A stretch of 64,000 nt of DNA. Origin: Octopus sinensis (lineage: Eukaryota). A program made the position numbers and the translations under genes. Below, in pieces: positions 36,995 through 50,930 of this stretch. The notes below the pieces were generated by a model. That model saw only the letters and a program-made list of their open reading frames with translations. It was not told the DNA's origin and did no database searches. The stretch covers positions 36,890,001 to 36,954,000 of the forward strand of contig NC_043000.1 in the NCBI RefSeq assembly GCF_006345805.1. The letters are read 5' to 3'. How positions within the stretch are numbered: position 1 is the stretch's first letter; each line of letters starts with the position of its first letter.

Positions 36995-37318
36995 TCTTCT
37001 TCAAACATTGGACCTACCTACCACCTACCTCCCTATATCCCTACCTACTTACCTCCCTGCATTGCTACCTGCCTACCTCCCCCCTGTATCCATACCTCCC
37101 CTCCCTGTATATATCCCTCCGTGTATCCCTCCCTCCCTATATGCCTGTCTACCTACCTACCTGCCTACCAACCTCCCTCCCTCCCAGTCTCCCTACCAAC
37201 CTACCTGTATGCCTGTCTACTTACCTACCTACCTCCCTGTATGCCTGCCTATTTACCTACCTACCTGTATGCCTGACTACCTACAAGCCTCCCTCCCTAC
37301 CTACCTACCTACCTAAGT
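36995..37318. repeat. Degenerate (CCTA)n/(CCCT)n tract
   Basis: Direct reading. Confidence 0.9.
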
Positions 37319-37329
37319 CTATCAAACCC

Positions 37330-40300
37330 TGCAAATACTTTGAAGGAAACTAAACCTTTTGGCTAAGGAAATAAAAATTTAATCAAGAATTCTTGTCCAC
37401 GTGGGTAAGACTGCTAATCTTTATGATTTTGATTAATTCTTATCTATTATTAAGAAGGGACTTGCAAAGGATTATAAAATCACTCAGAGTAGTTTATTCC
37501 ACGCTAGGAAAAGGTATAATGGAGATACAAGTGGAAGACAGAACTGAACCACATTCACCTGGGATGCTGCCAATAAATTTAAAAGCTCATATGCCCAACT
37601 TTGTAACTAATCCTGCAGTTAGATTCATATGCCCTTCGAATTCAGACATGGGGAAAATAAAGAGGTTGAAGTGATGGAACGGAAGAATAATGGTGTGATC
37701 GCCAGAATAAAAATACAAAAGCATACTTTAATTGGAAGAGTAACAACAAGAAGTAATAGAATAGTCAGTGTATTTAGTGCGCAACAAGGTAAAAACATCT
37801 AATTAATTGAAACAGTGAAATGAAGAGCGAGGATAGCTATGTGAATCTAAGATGGAAACTTAATATTAATAGGACCATTGTAACCACCAAACAATCAGCG
37901 GATTATAATAGGGTTAATAATGATACTGGTAATAGTAATTACGCTAGAAATGGAGGTGCAGTAAGGATGATGAGAATAGTCGTACTAATAATAAAGAGAA
38001 ATAAGAATAATAAGAACTCAATATGGTTCTCCCTCATAGTTTTAGTAATAACGATATATGCGGAGATATGTCAATAAATAGTAACTATATTATTAATCAT
38101 AGAAAGCGGAGAGTTTGCACAAGACAGGTTAAATGGTATAATGCTCCATACGGGTCCCGAGTCAATATAAATGTACGAGGTCAGTTTCTCATGACTCTAG
38201 ACAAGCGTTTCCCACCATCAAGTAAATATGGTAAGTTATTTGACAGATATACAATCAAATATGTGCAATCAACTATAAGGAATTTGGGTAAAATTATACC
38301 AGGGTATGCAACTGAGTTAAGAATTGTTATTGAAATGAATTTAACCAATCCACTAGTAAGAAGGATGATAGTAACAATGATGATAATTGCAAGCGACAGC
38401 AGCAGCAGTATCAGCAGTAGTAGTAGTTTGTGTACTGATTTATCCATCATATGAATCTGATTCGAGGAATCTGAAGAAAAGTAAAATGCTGAAAAAATAC
38501 AACCCCTTACAATTCAAGGCTGCGAGGATTCTACCTGGAATCAGACCAACCGTTTGTCGAATAATAAAATAATAATCGTAATAAAAATATTTATATATTT
38601 ATTCTTAACATATGAAGGTAGGTTCAGACGCAAAATATGCTAGGCACATGTCAGAGGAGAATAGTTTTTTCCATTTTACAACAGCGTCCTCGACACACTT
38701 GTCCCATTGGCGCACAGCGTTTGGGATCTTTGAAACTAACCAAAACCAGCAGCTTTGGTTAGTTTCAGAGTTTCAGATACTTTTGACTGTCAATACACTA
38801 CATGTCAAAACACCGGTGTCCCAGATCGCCGCAAGTCAATGAGATGTGTTTGTGGAACACACTGGTCTTAAAAAGAATAAGTTGTTGTTCTAAGACATAC
38901 TCTGCAGAGACTAGCATATTTTGCGTCTGAACCTGCATAGACACATCAATAATAAATGCGCAAATATTAATACCAGATCTCGCTGTAGACATGTAGACGA
39001 TGCAAATTAATTTTTCAAGCATAATAATCTTAATGGTAATAATGTGAACTACAATAATATGAAACAATTTAGGGATATATTTAATGAATCTGAAATATAT
39101 ATACTCCAAATAGGTAAAACATGTTTATATCAGATGTATGATATTTATATGGAAGAGATTTCTATCTCAGCACCTAATGCTGACAATAGGATTAGGAAAT
39201 CCACAGACGAAAGATCTCTCAACAATATGCTTAACTAGTTACTTGATATTAAACATCATCTAAAATGTCCATTTGATATCCAATGCTTACGAAATCAGTT
39301 CGTAAATGTTGAGTAGCAACAGGAGAATGTACTTACTGTTTATATAGGTGCTTGCGCATCTGATTTGAAGTCAAGAATTATAATCATGATTCTTCGTTTA
39401 AACATCAAAAATATAATAAATGAAAAACTCCACTTCATTAAGTTAAATTTATCTGGAGCCTCAGAATGAGGATTGGACATGATATTATATGATTTACAAT
39501 AAGTAGTGTGTCACGGTACAGTGAAGGGAGACTAAAATGCAACTTATGCTTCGAAGAGAAGTTACATATCCTGACATCCAAATCTAGCATTACATAAAAG
39601 AAATAAATTAACGTTAGGGTATACTCATTTACTTAGAGCCTTTAAAACCTTCTCAAATAAATGAAATACCGATCAGTATACCCTAATGTAGTCGGGTCTG
39701 CCTTTCACGGTCCAGTATATTTAACCCGACTGCTATTATCTTTTACCTTTGGTAATAAGTTACCTAATTGTTTACCTAATTATTTTAGTTATCTTAATTT
39801 TATAACTGTCAGTATATTGTAGTTGATATTATTTAATTTTTTTAATTCTGTAATTAGATTACTAGTTTTTTTTATCAGTTTTTAATAATTTTCAATTATA
39901 TTTAATTACTTTTAATTATTTTTAATTGCTTTTTGATTAAGCTTTTAATTACAGTTTACATTATTTTGAATTACCTTTTAAGCTTTTTTTAATTTTTAAT
40001 TTACATTATTTTTTTTCTTAATTTCTTTTATCTTCATTTATATTAATCATACAATTATTCTAATATTCATTCTTTTTGGGAAAATAATTCTATAATAGTA
40101 ATATATCAGTTATTTTCCTTTAGAATTCTCAATAACTCTTCCTGTCTTTAACTCCTAGATTATATTTAGATTTGATATTGATCAAATGACATTTCCATCG
40201 TAACTTAATTGTCTCCTGAAATATCTCCTTGCTTCTACATACCACCTCTCTCTATTTGAATTGGTCAGTAACGACTTAAATGGGTGGGAATTTTGTCATA

Positions 40301-40410
40301 AACCTTCAAGTTTACGGGTAGGATTGTTGAGACAAAGTATCCTGTTACATTTCTAGCATCATCTGATGATTACTACTCCGACGTAGGCTGCTGAAATACC
40401 ATCCTTATCC
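37330..40410 (+). mobile_element. Penelope-like element remnant (RT flanks, GIY-YIG endonuclease, AT-rich pLTR-like region)
   Basis: LVHVGKTANLY; INLKAHMPNFVTNPAVRFICPSNSDMGKI; RQVKWYNAPYG..FLMTLDKRFP; YIGACASDLKSRI..NHDSSF..KFIWSL..KCNLCFEEKLHIL (39341-39570). The RT core is not seen. Confidence 0.85.
38611..38939. mobile_element. MITE with a perfect 24-bp TIR core, nested in the Penelope remnant
   Basis: aggttcagacgcaaaatatgctag (38620-38643) is the exact reverse complement of 38911-38934. Confidence 0.8.
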
Positions 40411-40849
40411 TTTGGACAAGTATAGTTTACGACTATGTCCCGAGTCCTGGGTATATCTCCATGTCCCCCTACATGGCCTTGCTTTTCGCTTTTTGAGCCA
40501 AAAAATTGACTTAACTATATCTTTAAACGGCATCCAGCAGTGGGGTCCTCTTACGGGAGTTCTAAGGTTTTGAGGAGTGTGAAACCACCTCTTAACCACT
40601 GTTGTCCAGGTCTACTCTGACCCGGAATAGTAGCACTTGTCAGAGTCACAGGTATAGCTTAACTAGCATGTATATTAAACCCTGATTTATCGTCTCTCCT
40701 TCGTCAAATTCAGAACAGCGTCTGTTCCTGTATCTGGCGTCTGCCCCGGTCACACACCTGCGTCTCTTCGACTTTTGGCGGCAAGTTATGAGTTTCGGTA
40801 GATAAAACAGAATAAATCCAGGCGGGCTGGCTTTAAAAGTGTCCCACTA

Positions 40850-43715
40850 CATACTGTTGACGCGGCAGCTCGTTTGCAGGTTGATCTCGAACCAGTCACT
40901 CTGGATCTCCTCGTTGCCACTGGACAAGTCATATTTAACTCAACTTGTGCGGTATAGGATTATGCGCCCTTATCACTGCAAACAAATATATGTGCAAACA
41001 CCGATCCATCTCAGCCTTCTTCCTTTGTTCTCTTCCATTTCTTTATCATGACCATCGGCGATAAGTAACCAATGACGGATGATGCTGGAAGACCTGCCCA
41101 TGAGTCTAGGCACCCCTATTTAGGGAAAGTCCTGCCTACCTCAATCCAAGGAACGGCCTAGAAAAGGTGGTCCCAAACAAAACTTGCTGTTTTACTCGGC
41201 CAGAAAACCACATTTCCTATACGGTGGAACCAAATAGTCATTTGCTTCCTGGAATATCAGAACATTACTTGATGTTCCTAACTGAGATCGACATCATCGA
41301 AGGACTGACGAACTTGCCTCCGAACCAACGCTTTCTGTGAGATGCTCTTCTCAGAGGATGTCTCCCGTACTGACCAGGAAGAAGGATACATGTTCTACTG
41401 GAACGGTATCCTTGATGCCAACATCAGAATTCATAGAGTGGCCTACGCTGTGAAGAACTCCATTGCAAAGAAAATGGCAGAGCTTCCTGTCGGATTACAG
41501 GAACATCTCATCAAACTGTCTCGTTCCCCCCAAACATCTATACACCACCATCATCAGTGCCAATGAGTCCACCTAGGATTTTCATGAAGAAGCGAAGGTC
41601 AGATTCTATCTGTTCCTGAACGACGTCATCCGAAGGACACCCAAATCTGATCAGATCATCCTGCCAGGGCATCTGACCCGGTGTTATTAGCCATCACGGT
41701 GTTGCAAATAATGAACACCAATGACCTTCGTCGTCTTTCTCTCTCTCGTCCCAACATGGACAGGCCATTACCAACAGGGTTTTCCAGCTCTCCCTGCTTG
41801 TACCCTCCATCCAAATCCTGGTATCTTCTTGGCTATATGATTATATGTCAAAGGGATCGTTCGTGCTGAGAGATACCGAGTGTTGGACAGAGCACCGATA
41901 GATCAGATTTCCAATCCGAAAATAGTAACCCTTTCTTTGTCTTGATATTGCTTCCCTCTCCAATCCTAACATGCGTACTAAGCTTCAAGATCAGCTTCCG
42001 CCTTTCCCAGATTTTCTGGCTGCTGATCCCACCTAAGACAAAATGAACAACCTCTAGGAATCATACCTCAATGTTCTACTCGCAACCTCGAGTGGTTTGA
42101 TGAAACGGTCTAGGTCATACAACCACTCCAGACCGAAAACAAGCTCCACGATGCTGTTCTAGCCAACACGGACTCTGCAACGCTGGGCCAAGGGTGAAAA
42201 AACGTTCGTGCCACCGAACAACGTGTCATCGGGAATGCTCAAAACAATCGGTGGCTTCGAAAGGCAACATTTTGCAGGCGAGAAAAAAACCCATAAATTC
42301 TACGATCAATCAAGAGCATCTTAGGCCGATGAAGGAAGGTGACCACTCGGGTGAGATTATCTAATGGCACCTTACTGAAAGGGAAATCTACGATATATCG
42401 TAGGTGGGGAGTACATTTTCAAGAACTTCTGAACCGGGTCAGCTGTACAGACCTTGAAGAAATTCCAGATCTTTCTATCGTGACAGTCTGATGACGTTCT
42501 AGCATGAAGCTCAACAGGCCATCTGCGGTCTCAAAAACAAGACGCCTTCTGGCGATGAAGGACTATATGCGGTGATATCTACAAGTATGGTTGACCTTAC
42601 TTCCCATCCCACCTTCAGTCTCTGTTTCCTCCCTGTTAGCAGGCGCAGGCTATACCTGCCAAGTGGAAACAATCCAATATAGTCACAATCTGAAAGTGCA
42701 AAGTAGAATCCGCAGCATCTTTAACACTCGCCGCCTGGAGACAACATCAAAAATCTTCTCAGCCACGGCGTATGGGATTCAGTTGGCGATTCAGCTGCAG
42801 CACCTCATAACTTCGCCTCTCTTCAACACACAATGAACTCAATGAACCGAGCTTATTCTCGGCTCGGTCTTCAAGTGAATCATCGGAAAAGTGATATTTT
42901 CCAATCCGATTTCCCGTATTCACCTCGGTCACAGCCTGCCTTTATTAATGATGCTCCTCTACTGCAGATGGGCTCATTCTGCTGTCTCGGATGCACGATC
43001 TCTCACCCTGGACTCCTTGACAAGGAGATACTCCGTCGGGTCCACTCGGCGTCTGAGGGACTCAGAACGAATCTGTCAGAGCAGCAGCTTAAGAGCAAGT
43101 ACAAAAACGAGCTGTCAGTGTGTCCATTCTCTTGTACGTGTCTGAGCCCCTTTATCGGCGCCAGGTCAGAAAACAGAGCGCTTCGCATCAGATCGCTCCC
43201 AAGTATTCTCGGTCTCATGTGGAAGGACAAGGTGCCTCATACCGAAATCCTCACCAGGGATTAGATCTACAGTCTTTAAGCCTACATCCATCGTCGTCGT
43301 CTACACTGGGTTAGCCATATGATTCGGATGCCGGGTAACCGACTCCCAAAGATGGTCCTCTTCAGGGAGATCGAAATTGAAGGTAGCCCCCATAGACGCC
43401 CAAAACTTCGGTTTCATTATCATCTGAAACAGTCTTTCAAGAGGTTGGACGACTTGGCATTTGATCGGAAGGCATGGAAATCATGTGTGAAACTGGAGTA
43501 GAGTGTTTTTGAAACCGAATGCAGGAGACTGCATGAGATGTCTTCATCAAACCCCTGCGACTGTTGTTAGGCGTTACTTTCAATGTCCTCAGTACCACTA
43601 GAGCAACTTGTCCCATGTCGGTCTTGTCAGCCACACATCCACCCCCAATGTGCCGGAAGCGAAAGTGGGTAAATGACTTGGATCGAAAGCTGTCATCATT
43701 TTTGGTGAGCCTTCA
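40850..43715 (+). mobile_element. Decayed RTE-clade LINE with an internal RT deletion
   Basis: ICFLEY/SWNIRTLLD endonuclease start, HFQELLNR, LKNKTPSGDEG, GLQVNHRKS, RMPGNRLPKMVLF..RPKLRF. Many frameshifts; the 5' boundary is approximate. Confidence 0.85.
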
Positions 43716-44137
43716 TCAGAAAACAGTAAACCATCTCCCTCGAAATATTCTCTATTCTAAGCAGTGTGGTAAAGCTTTGATAAAGATCGGATAGTGTTAA
43801 ATTTCTTTATCGCCGTAAAATGTTGGTCCATCAAATAAGGGATCGGTTAACATGCATGATTACTGCATCGCAAAAGTTTGAAATGTTCATCTCATCTGAA
43901 ACGCGTGAAAGCGAATTAAAGAATGAATAATTCTCCATTCTTTGTATTTTCATTCTATACTCTCGGACCTTATACTAAATTCCTTTGACGTTTGGGTTTC
44001 GGATTTACAAACTGGACAGAGAGCGGAGAGTAACTTTACTACCACCGTGGATTTCAATAAACAATTTAGTTAACCAAGTTTGCCCCGACATAGTGCCTAT
44101 AAATTGTTCGCCTAGATTTTTAAAAATCTCGTTTTCC

Positions 44138-44189
<52 letters not shown>

Positions 44190-45599
44190 CATCTTACATG
44201 TACTTGTACATATGTATACCTTTACAGGTATACGTACATATATGCATACAATACAAACATTGTGACTTCAACGTTTCACGGAGTTTGGGAATTATTGAAG
44301 CAACCTAAATAAACTACACGGTCAGCGAATGTTAGAACTCACTGTCAATAAGACAGAACCTGGAGAGTACACGTGCACTGGTCTGCTTATTTAATATCTG
44401 CTGTTGTATGCATAAAAACACTAGTTTTTCTTTGCGTGTGTGTACGTACACATGCAAAACGTGTGTATGTGAATGGAGAGAGAAACATACCTACATTATC
44501 GTGTGTAGTTGTTTTGACCTAAGTTAAACCATGATTGAGAAGAGAACTTTTATCAAAAGCATTCCGCTTGTGACCATCTCACCTATTTTTAGATATATAT
44601 TTTGGTCTCTATTATTCAATATCAAGTGAATTATTGACCCTTTCAGCGGCGCTTATTTTTCGTACTAAATTTTACTATGGAGTAAATCCATATATTTTAG
44701 TCTTCAATGCATTTATAAATAAAAATTATTAAATACATTCGAGAAATCTAAATGTCTATCATCTTTATAGAATCTCATTGAGTGAGCGACTGGACAATAG
44801 TTTCAAATACGATAACATTCTCGTCAGCAGACGATTACTCTGCATTAAGTGACCACTATAAAATTATATTTTAAGTCAATATTATTAGCTGTATAAACAT
44901 ATCAGAAAGATCGATTCGAATATTGAACAGAATTTTATTTAGTAGGACAGCAAAAAACGTGCCAAATATTCAAATATGTTTTACTGAGTTAGTTATATAC
45001 CTCATGCCATTGGCTTTAAATAGGATTTTACAGAGGTCAGTTCATCGAGGGTAAACGATCGCTGACGAGAAGGTAATGACACTTGAAACTGTAGTTCAGT
45101 CAATTTCTCATTCATTGACCTCAGGGAGGTTATGTAAACATGGAATTATAGGCTTCCGGCTGTCTAATGGATCTAATATCTTTCATTTATAAATGCAGTT
45201 CGGCTAAAAATGTATAGATTTACCATGACTTAATATTTAAAAAGATAGCTATGATTTGGAGATTTATTCGTTATGTTTAGCTGGTGGACAAACTGTGTAG
45301 GGAATCCATAGGTCAAGCGTTGTATGCATCGGTGCAGAGACTGAGTTGCGTAGGAGTCAGAGGGAATGTGTGTACATGTGCATGTATTATGAAAGACAAG
45401 TAGGAGAAACACAAGATGCTGTTTATATCTTGTATTTATCATACGTTCTCCTACATTTACTCTGTATATCATAACCAAATGATAATATATAGACATAATT
45501 AAATATAAGTATACAAGAAAAAGGGTGTACTGATATAAGTAGGTGTAATAGAATAAAAATAAGGCATATAAATACATCTACACACAGACACACACACAC

Positions 45600-45675
45600 A
45601 AATATTATTTGTTTCAGTCATTTGACTGCGGGCATGCTGGATCACTGCCTTTAATCGAGCAAATCGACCCAGAAC
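45600..45675 (-). mobile_element. Family A/D SINE 3' tail fragment
   Basis: Reverse complement reads gtcgatttgctcgattaaaggcagtgatccagcatgcccgcagtcaaatgactgaaac. Confidence 0.8.
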
Positions 45676-45839
45676 TGTTCTATGTGCAGCAGTAACGACT
45701 TCGTTCTACTGGAAGTAGACTAGATGCCAAAGAAGAAATGGAATAAGATAACAATGCTGTAAATTTACTCTACGAAATACATAATAACCGTTTATTTTTT
45801 AAATTAAAGTATATGTGTATGCCATGACAAAGTCAGATT

Positions 45840-47046
45840 AGATATATATATATATAGATATATATATATATAGATTATATATATATAGTATATAGATATA
45901 TAGATATATATATATATATCTAGATATATATATATATAGATATATATATATATAGATATATATATATATAGATTATATATATATGATATATATATATAGA
46001 TATCTATATAGAGATAATATAGATAGATAATATATATATATAGATATTATATATATAGATATATATATATATAGATATATATAATATGATATATATATAT
46101 ATAGATATATATATATAGATATATATATATAGATATATATATATGATATAATATATATAGATATATATATAGAGATATATATATATAGATATATATATAT
46201 AGATATATATATTATAGATATATCTATATAGATATATATATATAGATATATATATATAGATATATATATATAGATATATATATATAATATATAGATATAG
46301 ATATAGATATAGATATATAGAATATATATATAGATATATATATATAGATATATATTATAGATATATATATATAGATATATATATATAGATATATATATAT
46401 AGATATATATATATAGATTATATATATATAGATATATATATATATAGATATATATATAGATATATAATATCGATATAGATATATATAGATATATATATAT
46501 AGATATATATATATAGATTATATATATAGATATATAGATATAGATTAAGATATATATATATAGATAATATAATAGATATAGATATATATATATATAGATA
46601 TATATATATAGATATATATATAATAGATATATATATATATAGATATATATATATAGATATATATATATAGATATATATATATAGATATATATATATAGAT
46701 AATATATATATAGATATATATATAGAGATATATATTAGAGATATATATAAGAGATCTATATATATAGATATATATATAGATATATATATATAGATATATA
46801 TATATAGAGATATATATGATCTATATATGTATATATAATATATATATATAGATATATATATATAGATATATATATATAGATATATATATATAGATATATA
46901 TATATAGATATATATATATAGATTATATATATAGATATATATATATAGATATATATAATATAGATATATATATATAGAGATATATATATATAGAATATAT
47001 ATATATATAGATATATATAATATAGATATATATAATATATATATAT
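45840..47046. repeat. About 1.2-kb (GATATATATA)n-type AT microsatellite
   Basis: Direct reading; almost no C on the plus strand. Confidence 0.95.
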
Positions 47047-49025
47047 GATTTGATTGATTGATTGATTGATTCCAGTTTCAGCTCATGAGCTGTGGCTATG
47101 CTGGGGCACCGCCATTTGGTGTTGCTACTTGGTTTCACTTCATGGAGGCTTTCTAGCAACTGCTATTTGGTGCATGAGAGAGTTCGATGCAGCTGCCCCT
47201 CCTGCCGTGAAGTTGGTTCATCTGGGACACCTGACAGGAAGAGATCCAGCTCCATTTTAAAGACATCTGTATCCACCCCATGCAGGTCTCTCAGGTTCAT
47301 CGGGAGGATATTGAAGAGCTGTGGGCCTCGGAAGCCCAGGCTATCACAGAATCTTGTCCTACATCTTGATGGCAAGTTTGGAGTCCTAGGCACCACGCAG
47401 TGGCGCCCAGTTCTGGCGTTTGCGTAACTCTCGATGCCAAAGTTCAGGACACTTCCCTCCAGGATCTTCCAGATGTATATTATGGCATATCTTTCCCGCC
47501 TACGCTCCAGGGAATATAATTTTAATCTCTTGAGTCTTCTCCCAGTAGCTTACATTCTGCATAAGGCTATCTTCTTCGTGTAGCTTCGTTGGATCGCCTC
47601 AAGTTCTGTGATCAACTTGACACTGGATGGTGACCATAGCTGAGAGCAATAGTCAAAGTGACTTAGGACAAGTGTCTTCAGAGGACCATCATGGTTTCTT
47701 GTTCCTTGTTTAAAGGTTCTAAGAATCCATCCAGCCAGCGTCTGCATTTCACTGTCAGTTTAGCAACATGTACATGAAAGGTCGCGTCATCACTCATGTG
47801 AATCCAGGTCACGCACTGATTGTGCCTCTGGGATTGCAATCCCTCCGGGTCCAGTGTATTCCTTGGGTATTGCATTCGTTTTGCATGCTGATAGTATAAA
47901 GCTTGAAACTTTTCAGCATTGAAACTGCATGCTATTCTTTTCAGCCCACTTGTAAATTCGTCCAGCTCATATTGCAGGTGTTTAGTGTCCTCAGGGTCTG
48001 TATTGCCTGTGAAACTTTTGTATCATCTGCATAACTTGTGATCGTGGCTCTCCGCGTGGCTGAGGGCATGTCTGAGAGGGGCCATTATGAACAGTAGTGG
48101 TCCCAAAACAGTGCCCTGTGGAACACGCTCACTATTTGCGTGCTAATGGAAGTGGCCCCATTGGCTACTACCACCTGACTTCTATTCTTCAGAAAGTCGT
48201 GAAGCCATTCTCCTAGTTTTCCAACTATGCCAAGATCACGCAGTTTGTGACATATCATTCCATGATCGACTTTATCGAAGGCCTTTACGAAGTCGAGATA
48301 TATGACTTCCACATTTGAGTGGTTGAGCAGTTGTTTCAGCACCCAGTCATAGTGCTGCAGGAGCTGAGTTAAGCAGCTTCTTCCTGGTCGGAAACCATCT
48401 TGGGTGTCAGGCAGCAAGTCATTTTCTTCAAGGAAGGTGATTAGTTTCCTTCTGACTATTCGTTCCATGACCTTGCTGATGTGTGAGGTCAGAGAGATAG
48501 GTCTGTAGTTCTTGGCCTCCGCTCTGCTACCTCCTTTATGAATAGGGCATATTTTACCTTCCTTCAGTTTTCTTGGAAGTTTGCCAGCTGCAAGGAAGCT
48601 CTGAAAGAGGAACTGCAGTGGTCTTGCTAAGACTCCTCTTACATACTTTTAGGAGGATTGCCGGGAATCCATCGGGGCAATAAGCTTGAGTCTATTTTCA
48701 TTCATCTATAGCCTTTATTACATCATCTTCCTTTATATCGATGTAATTTAACGTCGCCGCCTCTGATTCTATATCTGCAGTGGTAAAAAAGTCAGTTGGA
48801 TTGCTGATTTGGAAATGCCCAGGGGTGGTGAAAACACTCTTGAATTGTTCATTCAGTATTTCACTTACCCTCATTGGTTTTCCTGTGAGTGTGCCATCCT
48901 TTTCAAGGAGTGGCCCTATCCTACAGTGCACCGTAGCTGTTTCTTTGGCATACCTGTAGAAAGCTCTGGGGTTAGTTTTTATGTTGTCTATAGCCCAGGC
49001 TTCTTTGTCTGCTCTTTCCTTCTCA
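47047..49025 (-). mobile_element. 5'-truncated CR1 LINE (RT domain frameshifted) with an (AATC)n 3' tail
   Basis: QDGFRPGRSCLTQLL, IYLDFVKAFDKVDH, SYADDTK, HFDYCSQLWSP. 3' end GGCGGTGCCCCAGCATAGCCACAGCTCATGAGCTGAAAC followed by (AATC)n. Confidence 0.92.
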
Positions 49026-49232
49026 TGGGATATATATAAATATATATATTATATATATATATAGATATATATATATATATATATATAGATATATATAGAT
49101 ATATATAGAGATATATATATAGATATATATAGATATATATATATAGAGAGAGAGAGATAGATAGAGAGAGAGAAAGAGAGAGATAGAGAGATAGATAGAG
49201 AGATAGATAGATAGAGAGAGATAGAGAGAGAG
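49026..49232. repeat. (GATATATA)n/(GA)n microsatellite on the other side of the CR1
   Basis: Direct reading. Confidence 0.9.
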
Positions 49233-49367
49233 CGTATGAGAGGTAATCATGTCAATAAGACCCAAAGGTGTCAGATAATGCTGAGTAAGTGCTATGGGCA
49301 CATTATAGTTAAGCTCCAGGTTCGGTGATTACGTGAATGAGGAGTCCAACGTAGGTCATGTATCAGC

Positions 49368-49394
<27 letters not shown>

Positions 49395-49417
<23 letters not shown>

Positions 49418-50200
49418 AATGTTTTGAAAATGAAATAAAAATCCAAGACTGTGAAATCTTATAGAACATTTATAAATAGGTCTTACAGATGTTTCCGGGA
49501 TATTTTATATCCCTGCATCGGAGACGGTGTGAAAAAATGGTTAAGCAATAGTTTTTCTAGATAGGATGTGAAATAGAGTGTGAAGTGGAGGAATGAAAAT
49601 AGATGTGAGATATGCAGGAATATTGCATCTGTAGACTCATTATTTAGGCAGAATGGTATACATATAAGATTGCAGTACCTTGTGAGTCAGTAAGTTCCAA
49701 TAGTATTTAAAATTGGTCATTCCAAGTATAGAGTTTGTACACGGTGTTATTGAATCGAGGGTTTTTTAAAATGACTTAAAGTTGGGAATGTACTTGTAAG
49801 GTCAAATCGAAAAAAGGAAAATAGGAACAAAGGAAGGAAAAAAGAAAAGCGGGGAGCGAGATAGTAAAGAAATGAAGAAAGGGAAAGTCTACTTAGTGGT
49901 CAGTAAGGATAAATTGATAGAAGGAATGTGGAGGTGAGGGTGATAGAGAGTGCAAAAAGATGATAGGGTAAAGAGTAAAGGAGTGTCAGATAGAAGGAAT
50001 CGGGGGTGATGGGTGACAAAGAAAGATATGAGAGTGTAAAAGTAAAGGAGTGTCAGGTAAGTAGTGATAGAACTAAGTGAGGAGTAGAGAGAGGGGATAG
50101 GGGTAGTAAAATGGTGGAAAGAGAGGGGAGAAAGAGGGGGAGAAAGAGATGGGGAGAAAGAGGTGAAGGAGAAAGGTGGGGGGGAAAGTATATAGAGGTC
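49395..50200 (-). mobile_element. Probable Penelope-like pLTR remnant
   Basis: Contains a minimal hammerhead-like fold near its 3' end and a pyrimidine-rich (minus strand) upstream region. No clear ORF. Confidence 0.4.
49481..49525 (-). ncRNA. Degenerate minimal hammerhead motif
   Basis: gtct-CCGATGC-a-gggatat-aaa-atatccc-g-GAAA-catctg-TA-agac: stems I and II pair, and the core has two substitutions relative to CTGATGA. Confidence 0.55.
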
Positions 50201-50930
50201 ATCATGGTTTTTATCTTTTACCTCTTGTCTTCGTCATTTGACTGCAGCCATGCCGGGGTTTAACAAGCAAGAGAGGGGGGTAAAAGTGATGGGGGAGAAA
50301 GAGGGGGGAGAGAGATGGGGAAAAAGAGAGGGAAAAAAGAGATGAGGAAAAGGAGATGAGTAGAAAGAGAGAGGGAGAAAGGGAAAAGGAGATGGGAGAG
50401 AAAGAGATAGGGGAGAGGGAAAATGAGTTGAAGAAAAAGAGAGAAAGAGTTTGTTCGTTAGGCCTATCGAAGCGACACCTGTCGATTTTAAAATCTCGCA
50501 ACACCATTCAACTCCACAGATCGCTGCCAATGAAAATCTAACCGAGCTTTAGAGATCAATAATTTCGATTAAGGCCATACGTAAGGCTGACGTCACGAAA
50601 CTCACTTTGAATCGGTAAAACTGCAGGTAAGCACCAATGAAAGGGATTATTAGGAGATTTCAGAACGTGTGTTCCACTTATTCCACATTTTTATGCTAAT
50701 CCTTTGGGGATGGCTCGATGGCATTAAGTGTTGGACTGTACAAGCTCTTCATTTGGATGTAATTAAAGTAGCGGGAATACGTGTGTTGGTGGTGGTGGGC
50801 CGAATGGGATTGCTAAGTGTGCGTTTCACCATTATCACTATAAAATATATTGTCTACACGTGCAGAAGTAAGTGTATGCTCATCTCTTTCTCTCACTCAT
50901 ATATATACATACATATAGTACAAATATATA

